From assembly GCF_009914755.1 (NCBI RefSeq), contig NC_060944.1: a DNA stretch of 64,000 nucleotides; one strand, given 5' to 3'. This document shows positions 47,925 to 64,000 of the stretch, piece after piece (the stretch's first letter is position 1; the number at the start of each line of letters is the position of its first letter). The translations under genes and the position numbers were made by a program. The DNA is from the human T2T-CHM13v2.0 reference genome, Homo sapiens. The notes beneath the pieces are model-generated. The model was given only the letters and a program-made list of their open reading frames with translations. It made no database searches and had not been told where the DNA came from.

Positions 47925-48400
47925 TCTGAGAGTTGAATTCTTCCAGAAGCAGACCCTGAGACAAGAATTTGAGTGTAAGTAATTTATTTGGGAGGTGACT
48001 CCCGGAAGCAGCAGCAAGGAAGAGGGAAAGAAAGACAGAAAGGATGGAAGCCAATTAATAGCATGCCGTCAGTCCAGTTACCACCGTGGGCAATGAGAGC
48101 TCAATCCTACTGGGTAGCTCTGGGGAACAGTATGGAAGACTTGGCTCTGAATTAATCCACCTAAGGGGAAGGAGAGGTGAGGTATTTATACTCCAACTCC
48201 CATCTGTCATTGCCTACTCCCAGAGCCATTAACTCCCAAGTGTTCCCAGCCCTCCAAGCACAGGGCTGAGAGGAAATCCTCAAGTGGAGACACCTTCTAC
48301 ATGTACAGGGACAGCAAGTGGCAAAGGCATGAGTCAGGGTGAGTGAGCAGGGCCAGCTACAAAGCCCAAGAGGAAAACCTGGTGTGATAAGAGGAATTTG
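47925..48400 (-). mobile_element. ERVL LTR33/LTR16-like LTR
   Basis: 'cagaagcagaccctgagacaagaatttgagtg...tttatttgggaggtga'. Confidence 0.6.
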
Positions 48401-48475
48401 TTTCCAACTAACAGGCATCAGAACCTAATGAAAACTAAGCAAGAAAGTGGAGATCTAAGACAAAAGAAAACTCTG

Positions 48476-48888
<413 letters not shown>

Positions 48889-50012
48889 TCAGTCTGAATC
48901 TTTCTTCCTCTTCCCCCTCAAGAGCTCCCCACCCACCCCTCCTGTCCCGATTTTCTCACCCCTCAAGAGCCCATAACATGAAAGTGAAGTATCTTGCTTA
49001 ATATTTGTTTACTTAGGAACAGTGAGTTTTATGTACACTGTTCTTAATTAAATTCTCAGCAAGTTTCTATTTGTGGATGGAGAGGCATTCTGCCCAAGGA
49101 GGGGGGCCTTACAATCTTGGCACCTTGTTACTGATTCACCCCCCAGCACTTGGAAGGAACACTTGGGATTCAGTCTTTCATTTGGGGCCCATGAAGCTAC
49201 TCGTGTTCTCAGCAACACTGATTATTGGCAATTTCCCTCTGTGAGGGAAGTAGATTTCCTTCCAGACATCCTGTAGTGGTGTTTCCGAAGGAGTAGTGAC
49301 TCGCTGCTTCATCTGCGTGGGCGGCCCGATAGATAAATGCTCATGCAACGCGCCAGGCGGGGGATCTACAAGGAAGCACTTGGTCTCCACCCAAATCACA
49401 GTCTGGAGTTCTCGCTCCCCGCTGTCATTTCTGGGAGTCCTCTCTAAATGGCTGCATCAAGAAAGCAAGCTTCTCACTGTCTTCCGGACCCTTGACTTTC
49501 CTCAAGACCACCCGGATGTCACCTCCTCCGAGGAGTCTTCCCTGACTACCTTGAGCCAGCAGCCACCCTCTGCTTTGTGCTCCCTGAATTGGGGTCCACC
49601 TGCTTGGACAGCAGGCCCAGATTGTGTGTCTGCTCACCAGGCTGTGGGCTCACAGAGGACAGAGTCTCCATCTTGGTCGCTTGTCTCCCTGAAAGTTTAG
49701 CATAGAGTATAAGCTTAGTAAATGTTTGTTGAATAAATGAATATATGAATGAAGGGATTGAATCAGTGCCAGGAGGACTTACTGGAGCCTTGGACGGGCT
49801 TGTAGGAACTCTTGGGCTGACAGCTAGCCAGAAACATAAGGAGCCCAGAGTCCAGGAAGCCTGGTGTTTTTCACCCCGGGCTGGGGGCGGGGCCAGAGTA
49901 GGCCTAAGGGACTGAATTTCTCCCAGATAGAGCCAGGAATCTTCACTCCTGTTGATCTTACATACTGGGCTTCTAGAAATGGAGTTCCACTCCTTTAAAA
50001 AGTTACAAAACC

Positions 50013-50302
50013 GGCCATGTGTGGTGGCTCATGCCTGTAATCCCAGCAGTTCAGGAGGCCGAGGTGGGTGGGTCACTTGAGACCAGAAGTTTGAGACCAG
50101 CCTGGCCAACATGATGAAACCCTGTCTCTACTAAAAATGCAAAAATTAGCCAGGTGTGGTGGTGCATGCCTGTAATCCCAGGTACTCAGGAGGCTGAAGT
50201 AGGAGAATCGCTTGAACCCGGGAGGTGGAGGTTGCAGAGAGACAAGACTGCGCCACCGGACTGCAGCCTGGGTGACAGAGACTCTGTCTCAAAAAGAAAA
50301 AA
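50013..50302 (+). mobile_element. AluS
   Basis: Alu body. Confidence 0.92.
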
Positions 50303-50739
50303 GGTTAGAAAACCATTATTCCACATTCCAGCCTCAGCATGTTTTAGACTGGCATGGCATAGTCAAGGGAGGCTGCTCTGGGACCTGGGCTTACTGACTC
50401 CCTGGCCCGGGCTGGCTCAGCTCAAGGCCACAGCCACAGCCACCCACAGGCATGGTTCTGGCTCCTACTGAGGGCCTCACACCTGAAGACTCAGCCAGAG
50501 GGGGCACCCGCCCAGCCCTGTAATTGGAGTCTGGGGTCGGGAGATGGGTGTTGGGCAACTGGGCTGCGGGGGACTGAGGCTAACCGCCTCCAGGTGTGGG
50601 GGAGGCCAGAGGACATGGAAGGGAGACCGCAAGGTCAGGGTGAAGCTCGGGAGCCTAGGCTGGGTTCATGGGGCCAGGACAAGGTCCCTTCCCCAAGCCT
50701 GGACAGGTGCATCACAGGCAGCCACAGCCCTGAAAGATG

Positions 50740-51000
50740 AGGGTTAGGAGAGCCTGGAGCACGAGCTGAAACGGGTGAATCTGCGCTGGACCTCAGGTCT
50801 CCCTCCCCGCACCCTGCGTTGTAGGGAAGAGCAGGAACCCTGGCGGCCTCTGAGGCGGGGGCGGTGGGGGGCGCTGGGGGCGCGGAGTTGCAGCCGGCAG
50901 AGGAGCAGTGGCGCCACCTCCTGACGCCTTCGGGGAACGCAGCTGATGCCAGCCAGCCTCCGGCCTCTGAAGGGGGCATGGGGTGGGGGAGGCTCCGGGC
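50740..51000. promoter_or_regulatory. Small CpG-island-like, G-rich element
   Basis: About 18 CpG in ~250 bp of non-repeat GC-rich DNA, with GC boxes. Confidence 0.65.
50911..50924 (-). promoter_or_regulatory. Candidate CTCF motif
   Basis: Reverse strand TCAGGAGGTGGCGC, 12/14 match to CCASYAGRKGGCRS. Confidence 0.5.
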
Positions 51001-51034
51001 CCAAAAAAGCAGATCAGCTATTTACTTCCCCATG

Positions 51035-52058
<1,024 letters not shown>

Positions 52059-52437
52059 AGCTGTTTGCTTTTAAATCAGAGGTTCATTATGATATAGGCA
52101 CAACATAACAGTATTCATAACAAGGATAAATAGGTTATTGTCATCAAGCAAAAGATAGGGAGTCTAAGATTTGATGAACAATGTAAGATCCAGTACTGTG
52201 CTATTTACGAGCAAGCACTTAAACAAAAGGATACAGGGAGATTGAAGACAGAAGGATTAAAAAGGATATAGCAGACAAATATGAACCAAAAGAAATCTAA
52301 GGTGATCATCCTAATACCTGACAAATATAAGTTAATGCAGACAATAATATCATAAGAAGAATTATAGATTTTCAAATAGCCACCCATGAGCATATAATTT
52401 CACGAAAAACTGTAGCTTCAAAATACATAAGATATCA

Positions 52438-52771
<334 letters not shown>

Positions 52772-54142
52772 TCAAATTACAGAATTGCATAGAGAAATAA
52801 ATCTACAATTATTATTTAGAGAATTTAATTCATCTCTCCTAGAAACTGACCAAACCCAGACAAACAACTATCTCAATCAGCAAGCTAATAAGTAGATGCA
52901 GAACATCACACCTCCAATCAGGGTGATGCTCGCTGCTCCCAGAATTCCAAACAGGCCTGGCTTCACTCAGGCGACTCCTAGAATTCTGAGAGGCCCAGCC
53001 CTGCTGGCAGTGTGACAGGGTCAGATTTTGAGACCCCTATGCTTCTCTGTCTTTGCACACAAAGAGAACCACCTTAGACTTGAGCGACCAGGACCTCCCT
53101 GCCTTGTGCCCCTATTTAGAGGGCCCTTCTCTGGCCTTCCTATAGCTATGCCCCGCCCACAGGGCATGGAATCCGTAAGACCAAGAGCATAAGCCCACCT
53201 TCCTGGTCACTGCTGCATGGCCCAGGAAGGGGAAGGGGCACAGGTAGGACCTGCCGAAATGGTCCTGAGCCTGCCTCTAGGACTCACATCATTTTTCTTT
53301 GGGTCCTTCCTCCCAACGATGGACTGCCCTCAGTGTGTGCACTCTCAAGCTCAAAGAGCCTAAAGGAGGCTATTTGTTGGGGGGATGATGGAGGTGAGAA
53401 GGGCTTGGAGATGGAGAGTGGACTGACCACAGCATGCAGGAAGACCCTTTGTGGTACAGACAAAGATGGGGATGGGAGGAGAGAAGGAGGAGCTACAGAC
53501 CAGAGCCTCCATCTGTGCTCTTGCCCCCAAACCTCTCATGTGTTAGAGTTGCACACGAACGTCACAACCCTGATCACACCCCTTCCCTTCCCCTCCGAGG
53601 CTGGTGATAAAACACAAGGAGCAAAAACAATCACTGCTGGAGGCCTAATTATGGCAAGCAGCCTGGCAATGCTGTATATAGACTCTGCTTTGAGCAAAAT
53701 GTGCTGATTTATGCAGTTTCCAACATTTAAAGGTGGAGACCAGACTGTGGCTGAATTGGATCAGATCATTCTCTGGGACAAATTACAACCCTGGGCTGCT
53801 GAGCAAAAATTTGTAAAGAATTGTCTGTCTCTCTCCTGCCCCTTCTTTCCCAGAACTACCAGCTCCACCATGGATTCTCTGGCCATTCCTTTGAGCCTTT
53901 GTCCCTTCCTCACCCCAGCCCAGCACAAGGGCTGGCATGGAGTGGCAGCTTATAAAACATCTGCTGAATGAATAAGTCTATTTCCTAGAGGGTGAGCCCT
54001 ATTGGATGGGGTGCGCTGGACAAAACCACCTAACCTAGTGTCAACCATAGAAGCTTAGGAGCTAGACTACTGGGTTCAAGTTCCTGTTCTCAGTAGCCCT
54101 TTCTTGTAGACCCACAGTCCCCAAGTTGTGTGTCAAGACATC

Positions 54143-54516
54143 TGTGATGAACTGAATGTTTGCATCCCCCAAAATTCATATTTTGAAGCCCTACCCTGCA
54201 AAGTGATGGTGTTTGGAAACGGGGCCTTTGGGAGGCAAATACAGTTAGATTAGGTCATGAGGGTGGGGCTCTCATGATGGGATTAGTGGCCTTATGAAAA
54301 TAGGAAGAAAGATCACTCTCTCTTTCTGCCATGCCAGGACACAGTGAGAAGGCAGCCATCTGCAAGCCAGGAAGAGAGCCCTCCCCAGTACTCAACTTTG
54401 CTGGCATCTCGATCATGGACTTCTAGCCTCCAGAACTGTGAGAAAGTAAATCTCTGCTGTTTAAGCCACCCAGTTTATGGTATTTTGTTCTAGCAGCCCA
54501 AGAAGATGAAGATAAC
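54143..54516 (+). mobile_element. MaLR MLT1A-like solo LTR
   Basis: 'actgaatgtttgcatcccccaaaattcat...gacttctagcctccagaactgtgaga'. Confidence 0.85.
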
Positions 54517-54524
54517 ACTCCTAG

Positions 54525-54904
<380 letters not shown>

Positions 54905-55426
54905 TCAGATACCCACAAACTACAGCTCAAGGCAGTTCACTGTTTCAACATTAGCTTGTGCTACATCGCTTTCAGTGACATCATATCTTTGAAAAGCTGG
55001 GTTTTCTGTAGTTACAGTTATAAAAAGCAAACATCACGTGAAAATCAATGTAGAACAGAAAATGAAGGAAGCAACGTCCAATCTGATTCAAGTTTTGAGA
55101 AGCTGTGCAGTGCCCAACAGGCATATGCATACATCCCATGACTATGTCATTCTGGTTGAGATGGAAGAAAATTATTTTTTGTTTCAATTTATGTGAGTTA
55201 TTTTTTCAAACAATGACTCAGCTGTTAGGGCATAAAGAGTTGTAAGTTGTCTGCACCTAATTACTTAATAAACAAAACTATTAGGTATTTCTTTAGGCCT
55301 TGGGGCACCATGAAAAAGTTACTGAGACACTGAAGGCATTGGGAACGGAGAAACTGTGGGAGTCCCCGTGTTAGGCATTTTACTTCATCTTATCTGGGCG
55401 TCAGTTTTCCTATAGATAAACTGGAG

Positions 55427-55735
<309 letters not shown>

Positions 55736-56287
55736 AACAAACACTGGAGATAATAAGTATATATCGCAAGGTTATTGACAGGATGAATTAAGTGAAGATA
55801 TATGCAGTATTTAGAATGGTACCTAGTGCATAACAATAGCTGTATATATGTGGTTATTATTACACAGAAAGGCCAAATTGGTAGTTGTAATTATCACAGG
55901 GAAAATGTCTAAAATGCAGCAAAGAACAATTTTCCAACATTCTCTTTTTTATTAATAATGTAATTACCATATACCAAGTACTTGGACATGCATTACAAAG
56001 AGCACTGGACTGGGAGTCATAAGGAGATGTGTTCCAGCCACAGTTCAGCCTTGAAACCTTGAGCAAGGCACTCCCTCCCCCTGAGCCTCAGTTTCCACAT
56101 CAGTATATCATATGTGTGGTGGTGACCATGGGTTTTGTGGGGCAGGGTTAAGACTCTTTCCTCAACTGTGCAAACACCAAAGGGACCAGGCCACCGATGG
56201 GGAAGTTCCTCCTATATTACAAACAGAGAAAAACTTAAGAAGTCGTTAATATTTTGAAATTGATCTGCTAATTAGAAACTCTCTTTG

Positions 56288-56420
56288 GGCTGGGCGTGGT
56301 GGCTCACATCTGTAATCCCAGCATTGGGAGGCTGAGGCAAGAAGATCACTTGAGCACCGGAGTTCAAGACCAGCCTGGGCAACATGGTAAAACCCCATTT
56401 CTATAAAAGAAAAATGAAAA
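56288..56420 (+). mobile_element. FLAM / Alu monomer
   Basis: TSD-like 'agaaactctcttt' / 'agaaactgtcttt'. Confidence 0.85.
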
Positions 56421-57331
56421 AATATATATATGTTAAGAAACTGTCTTTATCAGCTCATTGGGATAAGTTTCTCTTGACTCTGGAGGTCACTGAAGGAATG
56501 AGTTTCTCGGCTTCCTCTGAGTCAAAGGTAATGAAGCCAGTCAGAGCTCCAAAATCATTGGCTTCCAACTGATCCAGACCTTTCACTAAATTAGACCATC
56601 TCAGAATGTGTCGAAATAGTGAGGGTTTTGCCAGCTGTATAATCAGTTCCATATTCAATTTCTTAAATAGAGATTTGTTGATAAACCAACCTACCATTTT
56701 TAAAATGTAGTTTTGTCTTCCCCCCCCCAAAAAAACAAAAGACTTTCTTTTAAAAAAAGATCTCAGTTTTCATCAGATCAAATTTCCTTTGCCATTTGCC
56801 TCTAGGGTTCCTAGGGATTCTGATTTTTTTTAATGCTGAGTTCACTCCTTTATATTAGATCGTCATTGAAATGGACCTCACTCCCATAGAGGGGTGATTA
56901 TGGGTTTATTCCTTTTGCAAGGCTGATGGCTGACAGAAGTGATACTGCTGGTAGCTTCAAGGAAATGTGTTTTATAAAACGAGGACTGAGATTGTTATAA
57001 AGCTGATTTTGGCACGTTTTTCTAACTTAAAAAAATGAAAATGGAAAAATGGTTTCTCTCAGATGAAGGGTTCTGCGTGTATACACAGGATTTCAAAATC
57101 TAAAGCCCCCCCCCTCTCCATAATAGAAATAAAGATGAGTGTCACTCCCTGACCTCCACTTCCCATTCTCCAGGCCAGCCAGGTCTGTCTCTAAGCCTGG
57201 AGCAGAAAGCTGAGCTACCCACGGCTCCCAGATTCTCCCTGACGGCACATAGCATTTGGATGTGAGAATGTTCAGACTCACCCCAACAAAACAAATGAGT
57301 ACCTTTGAGCTTTTAAAAAAAAAACCACCTT

Positions 57332-57636
57332 GGTCAGGTGCAGTGGCTCACACCTTTAATCCCAACATTTTAGCATGCCAAGGCAGGAGTATAGTTTGAG
57401 ACCAGGAGTTGAAGACCAACCTGGGCAACATAGCCAGACCATGTCTCTACTAAAAAGACAAAATAATAGCCAGGCGTGATGGCCCGAGCCTGTAGTCTCA
57501 GCTACTCAGGAGGCTGAGGTGGGAGGATCATCTGAGCTGCGGAGGTCGAGGCTGCAGTGAGCCATGATCATGCCACCACACTCCAGGCTAGAACCTGGGT
57601 GACAGACTGAGACCTTGTCTCAAAAGAAACAAAAAA
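57332..57636 (+). mobile_element. AluJ
   Basis: 'caccttgg' on both flanks. Confidence 0.9.
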
Positions 57637-58579
57637 TCACCTTGGCTCACCCTTGAAACTGATTCCATGACCTCAGAGACACCCTTGGTAGAAAAATCAG
57701 GAAAGGCCTCCCACAGTTAAGAGTTAGGACCCAGACCATCCTTCCCATGTAGCTTCTAGAGCCAGATGGTCCAGGTTCAAATCCTGGCTCTGCCACTAGC
57801 CAGCTGTGTGACTTTGAGCAAGTCACTTAACCTTTCTGTGCTTTGCTTTTCTCATATGCCCAGTGGAAGTAACAATTAAGAATCAAATGACTTAGTATTT
57901 GTAAAAGTTCTTACCATAAGAGCTAGTGCGCATTATTTGATGAAAGCAAGCGGCTGGGGTTTTGTCTTATGCCTGGCCAACAGATGGTCGTCCTCCTCTC
58001 CCAGCCTGCGCCTCAGAGTGATCCATGTCCCCAGTGAGCTCACTGCCCACTTCCTAACTTTCACCCACTCCTGCCTTCCGCTCCAGAGAAAAGTCTGTTC
58101 AGGCCTTAACATTGCTCAACAACTCTTGATTTTTCCTAGTCCATCCTTTTGCCGTCTTCATGGATTCAGTGTCAGATCTGCCTCTCCCACCAAATCTCTG
58201 AGCCTCACTCACACTTGGCTTCTCTCCTTCACAGAGAAAATAATGCTGTCAAACAGAAACCCCACAACCTCCTTCCATGCCTCTCACTCTGTCCTGCTCC
58301 TGACCATGCCTCCTTTCTCCCCTACTCTCCTTCTTACCAGAGTGGAGGAGGTCCCATCCCTCCACCATCTGAGGTTGGTTGCCATCCCCAGTGGGGCCTG
58401 CCAGTGCAGTTGTGCCGGTTGTGCACTGTACAAGGGCACCTAGCCAAGGTGTCAGTAGAAACGAAAATCCAACCAATTTGTGCCTTCCAAATCCTTTATC
58501 CCAGCAGGAGATACCCAGACATGTGTGCTTTTTCTAAATCATCCACTGAGAAGGGCCCATTTTTCAAATTTAAGCAACA

Positions 58580-58877
<298 letters not shown>

Positions 58878-59297
58878 TAAACAGATATCTTATAGGCAAG
58901 TGGAGATCGTGGCCCCTGAGCTCAAAACCTCAGATAGCCCTGTTCTTTCAGAGCCTTTATCACACTGTCACCTCTTTATTAGCCTGTCCTTTATCAGCTT
59001 CTACCTTCAGTCTCAGAGCTGTCGTGAGCAGAGGATGACATGAAGGAAAAGCAGCCAACACTTGAAATGGTGCAAAGAAATTACCGCGTATCCTTCAGTG
59101 CTGGGTGTTGCAAGTCAGATGCCTCCCCCATTATCTGATTCTCCAAGAACTGAGCTGTCCAATACGGTAGCCACTAGCCACGTGCAGTTACTAAACATAA
59201 AACATGGGTACTCAAAATCGAGCTGTGCTGTTAGGTACAAAACACACACTGGATTTCAAAGACTTAGTAAGAAAAAAATGTTAAATATTTCATTAAG

Positions 59298-59566
59298 GCC
59301 GGGCACAGGGGCTCATGCCTCTAATCCTAGCACTTTGGGAGGCCAAGGTGAGAGGATCACTTGAGCCCAGGAGCTCGAGAGCAGCCTGGGCAACAGTGCA
59401 AGTCCCCATCTCCACAAAATTTTATTTTAAAAATTAGCTGGACATGGTGGTGCATGCCTGTAGTCCCAGCTACTTAGGAGGCTGAGGTGGGAGGATGGCT
59501 TGAGCCCAGGAGGTCAAGGCTACCATGACCCACCTGGGCAACAGAGTGAGACCTGCCTCAAAAAAG
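59298..59566 (+). mobile_element. AluJ with 3' internal deletion
   Basis: 'atttcattaa' / 'ttttcattaa' flanks. Confidence 0.9.
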
Positions 59567-59593
59567 AATTTTCATTAATAATTCTTATATCAC

Positions 59594-60340
<747 letters not shown>

Positions 60341-60647
60341 CCACAACACATGTTTAAATGATACTATTTGAATACATTGAGTGAAATTAAATACAATGAT
60401 TGATTGCATTTGAGGCTTACATTACATGTCTATTGGGTGGCACCGCTCTAGGGGTGTGTACTGTAGTTTGACTTGTTATTTACTATTGATTAGGGTAGCT
60501 TACAACTCTGAAAAAGAAAAGTGTTAATCCATAGAAAACCAATAGCAACCAATAAACTTTATCCTGTAGCGATGCAAATGAAAAGATCATAACCCAAAGT
60601 TTCTGGATTTCTTCTGTATGTACTTTAGCAGTCTTATTCCAACATTC

Positions 60648-63710
<3,063 letters not shown>

Positions 63711-63749
63711 TCACTTCGGCCCTCCAAATCTCCCACAAGAACCTCTCTT

Positions 63750-64000
<251 letters not shown>

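Overview
Primate (most likely human or great ape) genomic DNA that is repeat-dense and intergenic or intronic in character. I cannot support any protein-coding gene or name the locus. About 40 Alu copies or fragments are present, with two 5'-truncated ~3 kb L1PA elements in opposite orientation (28.9-32.2 kb +, 60.6-63.7 kb -). There are also many solo LTRs (LTR16/33-like, MER34-like, MER67-like, MLT1, MST, THE1, and an intact HERV-H LTR7-family solo LTR), hAT/mariner fossils (MER5, MER20, MER1B, MER3, MER33, MER53, Tigger3, MADE1) and MIR/L2/L1M relics. The long ORFs are broken L1 ORF2 pieces or Alu-derived or chance frames. The best leads are: (i) the LTR7-family LTR with a strong splice donor just downstream; (ii) splice and polyA signals consistent with a + strand spliced lncRNA at 6.5-14.3 kb; (iii) a diverged inverted repeat at 16.2/17.7 kb; (iv) a MADE1 hairpin with symmetric arm changes; (v) a perfect 14-bp hairpin in a repeat-free island at 33.1 kb; (vi) a small orphan CpG island with a CTCF motif at 50.8 kb. 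None is established as a new biological system. Repeat subfamily names come from recalled consensus sequences, and boundaries without a visible TSD are approximate.
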